Position numbers and translations under genes: made by a program. DNA of 64,000 nucleotides from Escherichia coli O157:H7 (GTDB lineage Bacteria > Pseudomonadota > Gammaproteobacteria > Enterobacterales > Enterobacteriaceae), in assembly GCF_013167455.1 (NCBI RefSeq), contig NZ_CP038328.1, one strand, 5' to 3'. This document shows positions 13,648 through 28,989 of the stretch, piece by piece (position 1 is the first letter of the stretch; each line of letters opens with the position of its first letter). The notes beneath the pieces are model-generated. The model was not told where the DNA came from. It did not search any database and was given only the letters and a program-made list of their open reading frames with translations.

Positions 13648-14531
13648 GTGCTTATCTTATTAGGTTACCTGGTTGTTCTCGGTACAGTTTTCGGCGGTTA
13701 TTTGATGACCGGTGGAAGCCTTGGAGCACTCTATCAACCCGCTGAACTGGTGATTATTGCCGGTGCAGGGATTGGGTCGTTTATTGTCGGCAATAATGGA
13801 AAAGCGATTAAAGGCACGCTGAAAGCGCTGCCGTTGCTGTTTCGTCGCTCCAAATACACCAAAGCAATGTATATGGATCTGCTGGCTCTGCTTTATCGGT
13901 TGATGGCGAAATCGCGGCAGATGGGGATGTTTTCGCTGGAACGTGATATTGAAAATCCCCGTGAGAGCGAGATCTTCGCCAGCTACCCACGCATCATCGC
14001 GGATAGCGTCATGCTTGATTTTATCGTCGATTATCTGCGCCTGATTATCAGCGGTCACATGAACACCTTCGAAATCGAAGCCCTGATGGATGAAGAGATT
14101 GAGACGCACGAAAGCGAGGCAGAAGTCCCGGCGAACAGTCTGGCGCTGGTCGGGGACTCACTTCCGGCGTTTGGTATTGTCGCGGCTGTAATGGGGGTCG
14201 TTCACGCGTTAGGTTCAGCCGATCGTCCTGCCGCCGAGCTGGGGGCGCTTATCGCACATGCGATGGTGGGGACTTTCCTCGGCATTTTATTGGCTTACGG
14301 ATTTATTTCCCCATTAGCGAGTGTTTTACGTCAGAAAAGCGCCGAAACCAGCAAAATGATGCAGTGCGTCAAAGTCACACTGCTTTCTAATCTGAACGGT
14401 TACGCACCGCCTATCGCCGTTGAGTTTGGTCGCAAAACGCTCTATTCCAGCGAACGTCCGTCGTTTATTGAACTGGAAGAGCATGTGCGTGCGGTGAAAA
14501 ATCCGCAACAACAGACGACAACCGAGGAAGC

Positions 14532-14535
<4 letters not shown>
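13648..14535 (+). CDS. motA: Flagellar motor stator protein MotA
   Basis: GTG start after GGAAGGA; 295-aa four-TM protein. Confidence 0.95.
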
Positions 14536-17427
<2,892 letters not shown>

Positions 17428-17447
17428 ATGAGTAAAAAGGTAACAAT

Positions 17448-17951
17448 ATGACCGGTATGACGAATGTAACAAAGCTGGCCAGCGAGCCGTCAGGCCAGGA
17501 ATTTCTGGTATTTACCCTTGGTGATGAAGAGTACGGTATTGATATCCTGAAAGTGCAGGAGATCCGTGGCTACGATCAGGTAACACGGATTGCGAACACG
17601 CCAGCGTTTATCAAAGGCGTCACGAATCTGCGCGGCGTTATTGTGCCGATTGTTGACTTACGAATTAAGTTCAGCCAGGTGGATGTGGACTATAACGACA
17701 ACACGGTAGTTATCGTCCTGAATCTCGGACAGCGGGTGGTCGGCATCGTGGTTGACGGCGTTTCAGACGTGCTTTCATTGACGGCGGAGCAAATTCGTCC
17801 GGCACCAGAGTTTGCCGTGACGCTTTCAACAGAATATCTCACTGGACTGGGCGCACTGGGCGACCGTATGTTGATTCTGGTGAACATCGAAAAACTGCTG
17901 AACAGCGAAGAGATGGCGCTGTTAGATAGCGCGGCGTCAGAAGTGGCGTAA
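17448..17951 (+). CDS. cheW: Chemotaxis coupling protein CheW
   Basis: 167-aa ORF. Confidence 0.95.
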
Positions 17952-17979
17952 TTCTCCTGATTTCCTCAATTGAAATGAA

Positions 17980-18008
17980 CCCGATGATCTGCGCATCGGG
18001 TTTTATTT
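17980..18008 (+). terminator. Intrinsic terminator after cheW
   Basis: cccgatg-atctgcg-catcggg stem-loop followed by tttt. Confidence 0.6.
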
Positions 18009-18035
18009 CAATTTCGCGGCGGGTGGCATCAGCAA

Positions 18036-18062
18036 TAAAGTTTCCCCCTTCCTTGCCGATAA
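18036..18062 (+). promoter_or_regulatory. Sigma-28 (FliA) promoter of the tar-tap-cheRBYZ operon
   Basis: TAAAGTTT-N11-GCCGATAA is a perfect sigma-28 consensus about 30 bp upstream of the tar start. Confidence 0.8.
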
Positions 18063-18093
18063 CGAGATCAACTTGTTTTCAGGAAGGTGCCTT

Positions 18094-19755
18094 ATGATTA
18101 ACCGTATCCGCGTAGTCACGCTGTTGGTAATGGTGCTGGGGGTATTCGCACTGTTACAGCTTATTTCCGGCAGTCTGTTTTTTTCTTCCCTTCACCATAG
18201 CCAGAAGAGCTTTGTGGTTTCCAATCAATTACGAGAACAGCAGGGCGAGCTGACGTCAACCTGGGATTTAATGCTGCAAACGCGCATTAACCTGAGTCGT
18301 TCAGCGGTGCGAATGATGATGGATTCCTCCAATCAACAAAGTAATGCCAAAGTTGAATTGCTCGATAGCGCCAGGAAAACATTGGCCCAGGCCGCGACTC
18401 ATTATAAAAAATTCAAAAGCATGGCACCGTTACCTGAAATGGTCGCTACCAGTCGTAATATTGATGAAAAATATAAAAACTATTACACAGCGTTAACTGA
18501 ACTGATTGATTATCTTGATTATGGCAATACTGGAGCTTATTTCGCTCAGCCAACCCAGGGAATGCAAAATGCAATGGGCGAAGCGTTTGCTCAGTACGCC
18601 CTCAGCAGTGAAAAACTGTATCGCGATATCGTCACTGACAACGCAGATGATTACCGATTTGCCCAGTGGCAACTGGCGGTTATCGCGCTGGTGGTGGTAT
18701 TGATTCTGCTGGTGGCGTGGTATGGCATTCGCCGTATGTTGCTTACACCGCTGGCAAAAATTATTGCTCACATTCGCGAAATCGCCGGTGGTAACCTGGC
18801 GAATACCCTGACCATTGACGGGCGCAGTGAAATGGGCGACCTGGCGCAGAGCGTTTCACATATGCAACGCTCTTTGACTGACACCGTCACTCATGTCCGC
18901 GAAGGTTCAGATGCCATCTATGCCGGTACCCGTGAAATTGCGGCGGGCAACACCGATCTTTCCTCCCGTACGGAACAGCAGGCATCCGCGCTGGAAGAAA
19001 CTGCCGCCAGCATGGAGCAGCTCACCGCGACAGTGAAGCAAAACGCCGATAACGCCCGCCAGGCCTCGCAACTGGCGCAAAGTGCCTCCGACACCGCCCA
19101 GCACGGCGGCAAAGTGGTGGATGGCGTAGTGAAAACGATGCATGAGATCGCCGATAGTTCGAAGAAAATCGCCGACATTATCAGCGTAATCGACGGTATT
19201 GCCTTCCAGACTAATATCCTCGCGCTGAATGCCGCTGTTGAAGCCGCGCGAGCGGGTGAACAGGGCCGTGGTTTTGCCGTGGTGGCGGGCGAAGTGCGTA
19301 ATCTTGCCAGTCGTAGCGCCCAGGCGGCAAAAGAGATCAAAGCTCTCATTGAAGACTCCGTCTCGCGCGTTGATACCGGTTCGGTGCTGGTCGAAAGCGC
19401 CGGGGAAACAATGAACAATATCGTCGATGCTGTCACTCGCGTGACTGACATTATGGGCGAGATTGCATCGGCATCGGATGAACAGAGCCGTGGCATTGAT
19501 CAAGTCGCATTGGCGGTTTCGGAAATGGATCACGTCACGCAACAGAACGCATCGCTGGTGCAGGAATCAGCTGCCGCTGCAGCTGCGCTGGAAGAACAGG
19601 CTAGTCGTTTAACGCAAGCGGTTTCCGCGTTTCGTCTGGCAGCCAGCCCACTCACCAATAAACCGCAAACACCATCCCGTCCTGCCAGTGAGCAACCACC
19701 GGCACAGCCACGACTGCGAATTGCTGAACAAGATCCAAACTGGGAAACATTTTGA
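18094..19755 (+). CDS. tar: Methyl-accepting chemotaxis protein II (aspartate/maltose chemoreceptor)
   Basis: 553-aa product from [14 protein letters not shown] signalling domain; C-terminal NWETF pentapeptide. Confidence 0.95.
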   Translation: MINRIRVVTLLVMVLGVFALLQLISGSLFFSSLHHSQKSFVVSNQLREQQGELTSTWDLMLQTRINLSRSAVRMMMDSSNQQSNAKVELLDSARKTLAQAATHYKKFKSMAPLPEMVATSRNIDEKYKNYYTALTELIDYLDYGNTGAYFAQPTQGMQNAMGEAFAQYALSSEKLYRDIVTDNADDYRFAQWQLAVIALVVVLILLVAWYGIRRMLLTPLAKIIAHIREIAGGNLANTLTIDGRSEMGDLAQSVSHMQRSLTDTVTHVREGSDAIYAGTREIAAGNTDLSSRTEQQASALEETAASMEQLTATVKQNADNARQASQLAQSASDTAQHGGKVVDGVVKTMHEIADSSKKIADIISVIDGIAFQTNILALNAAVEAARAGEQGRGFAVVAGEVRNLASRSAQAAKEIKALIEDSVSRVDTGSVLVESAGETMNNIVDAVTRVTDIMGEIASASDEQSRGIDQVALAVSEMDHVTQQNASLVQESAAAAAALEEQASRLTQAVSAFRLAASPLTNKPQTPSRPASEQPPAQPRLRIAEQDPNWETF

Positions 19756-19800
19756 CGAGTATTTACTAACGCGGTCATTGCCGCCTGATGGGGAGCGTTG

Positions 19801-21402
19801 ATGTTTAATCGTATTCGAATTTCGACCACGCTGTTTTTAATTTTGATTCTCTGCGGGATCTTGCAGATTGGCAGTAACGGCATGTCTTTTTGGGCATTTC
19901 GCGACGATTTGCAACGACTGAATCAGGTCGAGCAGAGCAATCAGCAACGTGCGGCATTAGCGCAAACTCGGGCGGTAATGTTACAGGCCAGTACCACGCT
20001 GAACAAAGCAGGCACTCTGACAGCGCTTAGCTATCCGGCGGATGACATTAAAACGTTGATGACGACGGCGCGTGCCAGTCTGACGCAATCCACCACGCTG
20101 TTTAAAAGTTTTATGGCGATGACTGCGGGCAACGAGCACGTCAGGGCATTGCAAAAAGAGACGGAGAAAAGTTTTGCCCGCTGGCACAACGATCTCGAAC
20201 ATCAGGCGACCTGGCTTGAAAGTAATCAACTTTCGGATTTCCTCACTGCGCCGGTGCAGGGATCACAGAATGCGTTTGACGTTAACTTTGAGGCCTGGCA
20301 GCTGGAGATCATCCATGTGCTGGAAGCCGCCAGTGCGCAAAGCCAGCGTAACTATCAGATTTCGGCGCTGGTGTTTATCAGCATGATTATTGTTGCGGCG
20401 ATCTACATCAGCAGTGCGCTGTGGTGGACGCGCAAGATGATTGTTCAACCACTGGCCATTATCGGTAGCCATTTTGACAGCATTGCTGCGGGTAATCTGG
20501 CGCGTCCGATTGCGGTATATGGTCGTAATGAGATCACCGCCATTTTTGCCAGCCTGAAGACCATGCAGCAGGCTTTGCGTGGGACGGTAAGTGATGTGCG
20601 TAAGGGAAGCCAGGAGATGCACATTGGTATCGCGGAGATTGTCGCAGGCAATAACGATCTCTCAAGTCGTACCGAACAGCAGGCGGCATCGCTGGCACAA
20701 ACGGCCGCCAGTATGGAGCAATTAACCGCCACGGTAGGGCAAAACGCCGATAACGCACGACAGGCGTCGGAACTTGCAAAAAATGCCGCGACAACGGCGC
20801 AGGCGGGCGGTGTTCAGGTCAGTACCATGACTCACACCATGCAGGAGATCGCCACCAGCTCGCAAAAAATTGGCGACATTATCAGCGTTATCGACGGAAT
20901 TGCTTTCCAGACCAATATTCTGGCCCTGAATGCGGCAGTAGAAGCGGCTCGCGCCGGAGAGCAGGGGCGTGGTTTTGCGGTAGTGGCAGGAGAAGTGCGC
21001 AATCTTGCCAGCCGAAGCGCCCAGGCGGCAAAAGAGATCAAAGGGCTGATCGAAGAGTCAGTCAATCGTGTCCAGCAGGGTTCGAAACTGGTGAATAACG
21101 CCGCCGCGACCATGACCGATATTGTCAGTTCGGTGACCCGCGTGAACGACATTATGGGAGAAATTGCTTCGGCCTCGGAAGAACAACGGCGGGGGATTGA
21201 GCAGGTTGCGCAGGCTGTCAGCCAGATGGATCAGGTGACACAGCAGAACGCCTCGCTGGTAGAAGAAGCGGCGGTGGCAACGGAACAACTGGCGAATCAG
21301 GCCGACCATCTTTCGTCGCGTGTGGCGGTATTTACCCTTGAAGAACATGAAGTAGCACGACATGAGTCGGCGCAGTTACAAATTGCGCCAGTGGTATCCT
21401 GA
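19801..21402 (+). CDS. tap: Methyl-accepting chemotaxis protein IV (dipeptide chemoreceptor)
   Basis: 533-aa MCP paralog directly downstream of tar; lacks the NWETF tail. Confidence 0.95.
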   Translation: MFNRIRISTTLFLILILCGILQIGSNGMSFWAFRDDLQRLNQVEQSNQQRAALAQTRAVMLQASTTLNKAGTLTALSYPADDIKTLMTTARASLTQSTTLFKSFMAMTAGNEHVRALQKETEKSFARWHNDLEHQATWLESNQLSDFLTAPVQGSQNAFDVNFEAWQLEIIHVLEAASAQSQRNYQISALVFISMIIVAAIYISSALWWTRKMIVQPLAIIGSHFDSIAAGNLARPIAVYGRNEITAIFASLKTMQQALRGTVSDVRKGSQEMHIGIAEIVAGNNDLSSRTEQQAASLAQTAASMEQLTATVGQNADNARQASELAKNAATTAQAGGVQVSTMTHTMQEIATSSQKIGDIISVIDGIAFQTNILALNAAVEAARAGEQGRGFAVVAGEVRNLASRSAQAAKEIKGLIEESVNRVQQGSKLVNNAAATMTDIVSSVTRVNDIMGEIASASEEQRRGIEQVAQAVSQMDQVTQQNASLVEEAAVATEQLANQADHLSSRVAVFTLEEHEVARHESAQLQIAPVVS

Positions 21403-21420
21403 AGTGATTGAGAAGGCGCT

Positions 21421-22281
21421 ATGACTTCATCTCTGCCCTGTGGGCAAACGTCTTTATTGTTACAGATGACCGAGCGCCTGGCGCTTTCCGACGCGCATTT
21501 TCGGCGGATAAGTCAATTGATCTATCAACGAGCCGGGATCGTTCTGGCTGACCATAAACGCGACATGGTTTACAACCGACTGGTTCGTCGTTTGCGTTCG
21601 CTGGGACTGACGGATTTCGGTCATTATCTGAACTTGCTGGAATCTAATCAGCACAGCGGTGAGTGGCAGGCGTTTATCAATTCGCTGACCACGAATCTGA
21701 CGGCATTTTTCCGTGAGGCACATCATTTCCCTCTGCTCGCGGATCACGCACGTCGCCGTTCTGGCGAGTATCGCGTATGGAGCGCGGCGGCTTCGACCGG
21801 CGAAGAGCCGTACAGCATTGCGATGACGCTGGCTGACACATTGGGCACCGCGCCCGGACGCTGGAAAGTGTTTGCCAGTGATATCGACACCGAAGTGCTG
21901 GAAAAAGCCAGAAGCGGTATCTATCGCCATGAAGAGTTGAAAAACCTGACGCCGCAGCAACTGCAACGGTATTTCATGCGAGGGACGGGACCGCATGAAG
22001 GGCTGGTACGCGTGCGTCAGGAGCTGGCGAACTATGTTGATTTTGCCTCGCTGAATCTACTGGCGAAACAGTACACCGTGCCGGGGCCGTTTGATGCGAT
22101 CTTCTGTCGTAACGTCATGATCTACTTCGATCAAACTACCCAGCAGGAGATTTTGCGCCGCTTTGTTCCGCTCCTTAAACCCGACGGATTGCTGTTTGCG
22201 GGTCACTCTGAAAACTTTAGCCACCTCGAGCGCCGCTTCACGCTGCGTGGTCAAACGGTGTATGCGCTAAGTAAGGATTAA
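21421..22281 (+). CDS. cheR: Chemotaxis protein methyltransferase CheR
   Basis: 286-aa ORF. Confidence 0.95.
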   Translation: MTSSLPCGQTSLLLQMTERLALSDAHFRRISQLIYQRAGIVLADHKRDMVYNRLVRRLRSLGLTDFGHYLNLLESNQHSGEWQAFINSLTTNLTAFFREAHHFPLLADHARRRSGEYRVWSAAASTGEEPYSIAMTLADTLGTAPGRWKVFASDIDTEVLEKARSGIYRHEELKNLTPQQLQRYFMRGTGPHEGLVRVRQELANYVDFASLNLLAKQYTVPGPFDAIFCRNVMIYFDQTTQQEILRRFVPLLKPDGLLFAGHSENFSHLERRFTLRGQTVYALSKD

Positions 22282-22283
22282 CG

Positions 22284-23737
<1,454 letters not shown>

Positions 23738-23747
23738 GGATGCGACT

Positions 23748-24392
23748 ATGATGCAACCATCAATCAAACCTGCTGACGAGCATTCAGCTGGCGATATCAT
23801 TGCGCGCATCGGCAGCCTGACGCGTATGCTGCGCGACAGTTTGCGGGAACTGGGACTGGATCAGGCCATTGCCGAAGCGGCGGAAGCCATCCCCGATGCG
23901 CGCGATCGTTTGTACTATGTTGTGCAGATGACCGCCCAGGCTGCGGAGCGGGCGCTGAACAGTGTTGAGGCGTCACAACCGCATCAGGATCAAATGGAGA
24001 AATCAGCAAAAGCGTTAACCCAACGTTGGGATGACTGGTTTGCCGATCCGATTGACCTTGCCGACGCCCGTGAACTGGTAACAGATACGCGGAAATTTCT
24101 GGCAGATGTACCCGCGCATACCAGCTTTACTAACGCGCAACTGCTGGAAATCATGATGGCGCAGGATTTTCAGGATCTCACCGGGCAGGTCATTAAGCGG
24201 ATGATGGATGTCATTCAGGAGATCGAACGCCAGTTGCTGATGGTGCTGTTGGAAAACATCCCGGAACAGGAGTCGCGTCCAAAACGTGAAAACCAGAGTT
24301 TGCTTAATGGACCTCAGGTCGATACCAGCAAAGCCGGTGTGGTAGCCAGTCAGGATCAGGTGGACGATTTGTTGGATAGTCTTGGATTTTGA
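23748..24392 (+). CDS. cheZ: CheY-P phosphatase CheZ
   Basis: 214-aa product from [12 protein letters not shown]; the listed ORF begins at an upstream in-frame TTG. Confidence 0.95.
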
Positions 24393-24401
24393 TTTGTATT
24401 G

Positions 24402-24466
24402 CCTGATGTGGCGTGACCACGTCATATCAGGCGGTCTGATAAGGCGATGACGCCGCATCCGACAAA
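24402..24466. repeat. REP-like palindromic elements downstream of cheZ
   Basis: gcctgatgtggcgtgaccacgtcatatcaggc palindrome and gacgccgcatccgaca REP core. Confidence 0.5.
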
Positions 24467-24593
24467 CGCACACTATGCTTGATGTGTGGCAGCAAAAGCC
24501 CTAAATCCCGCCTGTTTTGCCCCTTACTCAAACCATTGAACGCTTTGCGCTCTGGCATCATTTACGCTTAATACTCTTTCCAGGATTGGCGAC

Positions 24594-25742
24594 GTGTCTG
24601 ACGAGAGCGACGACAAAACAGAAGCCCCCACACCTCACCGACTAGAAAAAGCGCGGGAAGAGGGGCAAATCCCGCGTTCCCGTGAACTGACCTCACTGCT
24701 GATTTTGCTGGTGGGCGTTAGTGTTATCTGGTTTGGCGGTGTGTCGCTGGCCCGTCGATTGTCGGGCATGCTCTCCGCTGGGCTGCATTTTGATCACAGT
24801 ATTATCAAAGACCCGAATCTGATCCTCGGGCAAATTATTCTGCTGATCAGAGAAGCCATGCTGGCGCTGCTACCGCTGATTAGCGGCGTGGTGCTGGTGG
24901 CGCTCATTTCTCCGGTTATGCTGGGGGGGCTGGTATTTAGCGGAAAATCCTTGCAGCCGAAGTTTTCCAAACTCAACCCGCTACCGGGCATAAAACGGAT
25001 GTTCTCGGCACAGACTGGCGCGGAGTTGCTTAAAGCAATTTTGAAAACCATCCTGGTTGGCAGCGTGACGGGGTTTTTTCTCTGGCATCACTGGCCGCAT
25101 ATGATGCGCTTAATGGCCGAGTCTCCGATTACCGCCATGGGTAATGCGATGGATTTGGTAGGGCTATGCGCACTGCTGGTGGTGCTTGGTGTCATTCCAA
25201 TGGTGGGATTTGACGTCTTTTTCCAAATCTTCAGCCACCTGAAAAAGCTGCGAATGTCGCGGCAGGATATTCGTGATGAGTTCAAACAAAGCGAAGGCGA
25301 CCCCCATGTTAAAGGGCGGATCCGTCAGATGCAGCGAGCTGCCGCACGGCGTCGGATGATGGCCGATGTGCCGAAAGCGGATGTCATTGTCAATAACCCG
25401 ACCCACTATTCGGTAGCGTTGCAGTATGACGAAAACAAAATGAGCGCACCGAAAGTGGTCGCTAAAGGTGCAGGGCTGGTCGCGCTGCGCATTCGTGAAA
25501 TTGGCGCTGAAAATAACGTCCCGACGCTTGAAGCGCCGCCGCTGGCGCGAGCGCTGTATCGACATGTGGAGATTGGTCAACAAATCCCGGGTCAACTGTA
25601 CGCCGCGGTGGCGGAAGTGCTGGCCTGGGTCTGGCAACTGAAACGCTGGCGTCTGGCTGGTGGACAGCGCCCTGTACAACCTACTCATCTTCCGGTGCCG
25701 GAAGCCCTGGATTTTATTAACGAGAAACCGACCCATGAGTAA
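24594..25742 (+). CDS. flhB: Flagellar export apparatus protein FlhB
   Basis: GTG start; 382-aa product with NPTH autocleavage motif. Confidence 0.93.
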   Translation: MSDESDDKTEAPTPHRLEKAREEGQIPRSRELTSLLILLVGVSVIWFGGVSLARRLSGMLSAGLHFDHSIIKDPNLILGQIILLIREAMLALLPLISGVVLVALISPVMLGGLVFSGKSLQPKFSKLNPLPGIKRMFSAQTGAELLKAILKTILVGSVTGFFLWHHWPHMMRLMAESPITAMGNAMDLVGLCALLVVLGVIPMVGFDVFFQIFSHLKKLRMSRQDIRDEFKQSEGDPHVKGRIRQMQRAAARRRMMADVPKADVIVNNPTHYSVALQYDENKMSAPKVVAKGAGLVALRIREIGAENNVPTLEAPPLARALYRHVEIGQQIPGQLYAAVAEVLAWVWQLKRWRLAGGQRPVQPTHLPVPEALDFINEKPTHE

Positions 25743-27813
25743 TCTGGCCGCGATGCTGCGCCTGCCCACAAACCTGAAATCGACACAATGGCAGATCCTT
25801 GCCGGACCGATTTTGATCCTGTTGATCTTGTCGATGATGGTGCTGCCACTGCCCGCATTCATACTCGACCTGTTGTTTACCTTCAATATTGCCTTGTCGA
25901 TCATGGTGTTGCTGGTGGCGATGTTTACCCAGCGCACGCTTGAGTTTGCTGCGTTTCCGACCATTTTGTTGTTTACCACGCTGTTGCGTCTGGCACTTAA
26001 CGTGGCTTCAACCCGTATCATTTTAATGGAAGGGCATACCGGCGCAGCGGCGGCAGGGAAGGTGGTTGAAGCGTTCGGTCACTTCCTCGTTGGTGGCAAT
26101 TTCGCTATCGGTATCGTGGTGTTTGTCATTCTCGTGATCATCAACTTTATGGTCATTACCAAAGGTGCCGGGCGTATCGCAGAAGTGGGTGCGCGCTTTG
26201 TTCTCGATGGTATGCCGGGTAAGCAGATGGCGATTGACGCCGACCTTAACGCCGGATTGATTGGTGAAGATGAGGCGAAAAAACGCCGCTCCGAAGTCAC
26301 TCAGGAAGCCGATTTTTACGGCTCAATGGACGGGGCAAGTAAGTTTGTTCGCGGCGATGCCATCGCCGGGATCCTCATCATGGTCATTAACGTTGTCGGC
26401 GGGTTGCTGGTCGGCGTGCTGCAACATGGCATGAGCATGGGACACGCGGCGGAAAGTTATACGCTCTTGACCATTGGTGACGGTCTGGTGGCACAAATCC
26501 CGGCTCTGGTGATTTCTACCGCCGCGGGGGTCATTGTTACGCGTGTCAGCACCGATCAGGATGTTGGCGAGCAGATGGTGAATCAGCTTTTCAGTAACCC
26601 AAGCGTTATGTTGTTAAGCGCTGCCGTGCTCGGTTTACTCGGCCTGGTGCCTGGAATGCCGAACCTGGTATTTTTGCTGTTCACTGCCGGATTGCTGGGG
26701 CTGGCCTGGTGGATCCGTGGACGCGAACAAAAAGCGCCTGCCGAACCAAAACCGGTAAAAATGGCAGAGAATAATGCCGTTGTCGAAGCGACGTGGAACG
26801 ATGTACAACTGGAAGATTCTCTGGGAATGGAAGTGGGTTATCGACTGATCCCGATGGTCGATTTCCAGCAGGATGGTGAGTTGTTGGGCCGTATACGCAG
26901 TATCCGCAAGAAATTTGCCCAGGAGATGGGATTTCTGCCGCCAGTGGTGCACATTCGCGACAATATGGATCTGCAACCTGCCCGCTATCGCATTTTGATG
27001 AAAGGCGTGGAGATAGGCAGTGGTGATGCTTATCCGGGGCGCTGGCTGGCTATTAACCCTGGAACCGCTGCCGGGACGTTACCTGGTGAGGCGACCGTCG
27101 ATCCGGCATTTGGCCTGAATGCTATCTGGATTGAAAGTGCGCTAAAAGAACAGGCGCAGATTCAGGGGTACACAGTGGTTGAGGCCAGCACGGTGGTAGC
27201 AACGCATCTTAACCACCTCATTAGCCAGCATGCCGCAGAGCTGTTTGGTCGTCAGGAGGCGCAACAGCTGCTGGATCGCGTCGCCCAGGAGATGCCAAAG
27301 CTGACGGAAGATCTCGTCCCTGGCGTCGTCACGCTCACCACACTGCATAAAGTGCTGCAAAATCTCCTCGATGAAAAAGTACCGATTCGCGATATGCGCA
27401 CTATTCTCGAAACGCTGGCGGAACATGCGCCCATCCAAAGCGATCCACATGAATTAACCGCCGTCGTGCGCGTGGCGTTGGGACGGGCGATTACCCAGCA
27501 GTGGTTTCCTGGCAAAGATGAAGTCCATGTTATTGGCCTCGATACACCGCTGGAACGTTTGTTGCTACAGGCGTTGCAGGGCGGGGGCGGACTGGAGCCA
27601 GGGCTGGCGGATCGTTTACTGGCGCAAACTCAGGAAGCGCTATCCCGTCAGGAGATGTTGGGTGCGCCGCCAGTTTTATTGGTGAACCACGCGCTGCGAC
27701 CATTATTGTCTCGCTTTCTGCGCCGCAGCTTGCCGCAGTTAGTGGTGCTGTCGAATCTGGAACTGTCTGATAACCGACATATCCGCATGACGGCGACAAT
27801 TGGCGGTAAATGA
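25735..27813 (+). CDS. flhA: Flagellar export apparatus protein FlhA
   Basis: 692-aa product from MSNLAAMLRLP; 8-nt overlap with flhB. Confidence 0.95.
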   Translation: MSNLAAMLRLPTNLKSTQWQILAGPILILLILSMMVLPLPAFILDLLFTFNIALSIMVLLVAMFTQRTLEFAAFPTILLFTTLLRLALNVASTRIILMEGHTGAAAAGKVVEAFGHFLVGGNFAIGIVVFVILVIINFMVITKGAGRIAEVGARFVLDGMPGKQMAIDADLNAGLIGEDEAKKRRSEVTQEADFYGSMDGASKFVRGDAIAGILIMVINVVGGLLVGVLQHGMSMGHAAESYTLLTIGDGLVAQIPALVISTAAGVIVTRVSTDQDVGEQMVNQLFSNPSVMLLSAAVLGLLGLVPGMPNLVFLLFTAGLLGLAWWIRGREQKAPAEPKPVKMAENNAVVEATWNDVQLEDSLGMEVGYRLIPMVDFQQDGELLGRIRSIRKKFAQEMGFLPPVVHIRDNMDLQPARYRILMKGVEIGSGDAYPGRWLAINPGTAAGTLPGEATVDPAFGLNAIWIESALKEQAQIQGYTVVEASTVVATHLNHLISQHAAELFGRQEAQQLLDRVAQEMPKLTEDLVPGVVTLTTLHKVLQNLLDEKVPIRDMRTILETLAEHAPIQSDPHELTAVVRVALGRAITQQWFPGKDEVHVIGLDTPLERLLLQALQGGGGLEPGLADRLLAQTQEALSRQEMLGAPPVLLVNHALRPLLSRFLRRSLPQLVVLSNLELSDNRHIRMTATIGGK

Positions 27814-28205
27814 TGAGAACCTTATTAGCAATATTATTGTTTCCGCTGCTGGTGCAAGCCGCCGGGGAGGGGATGTGGCAGGCAAGTAGTGTCGGAATTA
27901 CGCTAAATCATCGCGGTGAGTCGATGTCGTCTGCACCTCTTTCTACGCGACAACCTGCTTCAGGATTGATGACGCTGGTGGCGTGGCGGTATCAGCTTAT
28001 CGGCCCGACACCTGCAGGACTGCGGGTTCGCTTGTGTTCGCAATCTCGTTGTGTCGAATTAGATGGGCAGAGCGGAACCACCGTGGCCTTTTCCGGTATA
28101 GCGGCAGCAGAACCGTTGCGCTTTATCTGGGAAGTGCCTGGCGGTGGGCGGTTAATTCCGTCGCTGAAAGTACAACGTAATGAAGTGATTGTGAATTATC
28201 GCTGA
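27813..28205 (+). CDS. flhE: Flagellar protein FlhE
   Basis: 130-aa product with signal peptide; its ATG overlaps the flhA TGA (ATGATGA); alternative start at 27810. Confidence 0.9.
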   Translation: MRTLLAILLFPLLVQAAGEGMWQASSVGITLNHRGESMSSAPLSTRQPASGLMTLVAWRYQLIGPTPAGLRVRLCSQSRCVELDGQSGTTVAFSGIAAAEPLRFIWEVPGGGRLIPSLKVQRNEVIVNYR

Positions 28206-28262
28206 AGGACAAAAAAATTACGCGCTCGCGAGTATGTTTAATAACTCAGTGAAAAAGGCTGG

Positions 28263-28308
28263 ATGTTTTGTTGCAATCATTTATCAGGAATAGCTTGCAA
28301 CAAAACAT
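28263..28308. terminator. Bidirectional hairpin between convergent flhE and yecT
   Basis: Perfect 14-bp inverted repeat atgttttgttgcaa / ttgcaacaaaacat with an 18-nt loop; no strong T-run. Confidence 0.45.
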
Positions 28309-28324
28309 GCCAAAAATATGTGAA

Positions 28325-28813
28325 TTATCCTCTTGTCAAAGGGCTTGGATAAAAATCTTCAGAGTTACGGTATAGCTGCAACTGGCGAGTTCGCGTATTG
28401 GTCTGTATGATCATACATGATAGCCATTCTGATTCAGAATAAGGGTTACTTAAATCCTGAACGTCCTCATTTGAAAGGATTAATTCACATTCTTTGTCCC
28501 TAAAATCCAGCCAGGCTCGTTGTGATTTTTTAAGCAAGTTAAGTTGTTCAGTATCAGGTTTTTTTGCACCTGTGCGTGGCACTTGTTCTATATAACGATA
28601 AGCTTCACCATAAGCTTTATTTAATTGCGCATCGACGAGATTGTATTCTTGTCGCAGACATGATTTGATCACGTTAATGTCAGTATCATCACCTGAATTT
28701 TTTTGCCAACAATCTTTGATGGCTGAAATGTCATGATCATTTACTATAAGCGTATCTTCTGCGTAAACCTGGCAAGAGATAATGCCTAATGTTAATACAA
28801 GAAATTTAAACAC
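28325..28813 (-). CDS. yecT: Uncharacterized secreted protein YecT (DUF1311 / LprI-like)
   Basis: 162-aa ORF with N-terminal signal peptide MFKFLVLTLGIISCQVYA; visibly low GC compared with its neighbours. Confidence 0.8.
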   Translation of the reverse strand: MFKFLVLTLGIISCQVYAEDTLIVNDHDISAIKDCWQKNSGDDTDINVIKSCLRQEYNLVDAQLNKAYGEAYRYIEQVPRTGAKKPDTEQLNLLKKSQRAWLDFRDKECELILSNEDVQDLSNPYSESEWLSCMIIQTNTRTRQLQLYRNSEDFYPSPLTRG

Positions 28814-28932
28814 TGCGGTATTCCTTAAATTGAACCGTTACCGTTTCCCTGGAGCTGGATATTACGCTTCTGGCCTCTTACTCAACAGCGAGAAAACAAT
28901 GGCATGCCTATTTTCAGAATACATTTAGATGG

Positions 28933-28968
28933 TAATAAAAAAGCCTGATCGGCTAAACCTGATCAGGC
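28933..28968 (-). terminator. Intrinsic terminator of argS
   Basis: agcctgatc / gatcaggct stem preceded on the + strand by an A-run (T-run on the - strand). Confidence 0.6.
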
Positions 28969-28989
28969 TTCACTCTCACGAAAAATCGA

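Noticed and set aside
25164-26021. 285-codon ORF antisense to the flhB/flhA junction
   Set aside because: Shadow ORF; both sense genes are well supported.
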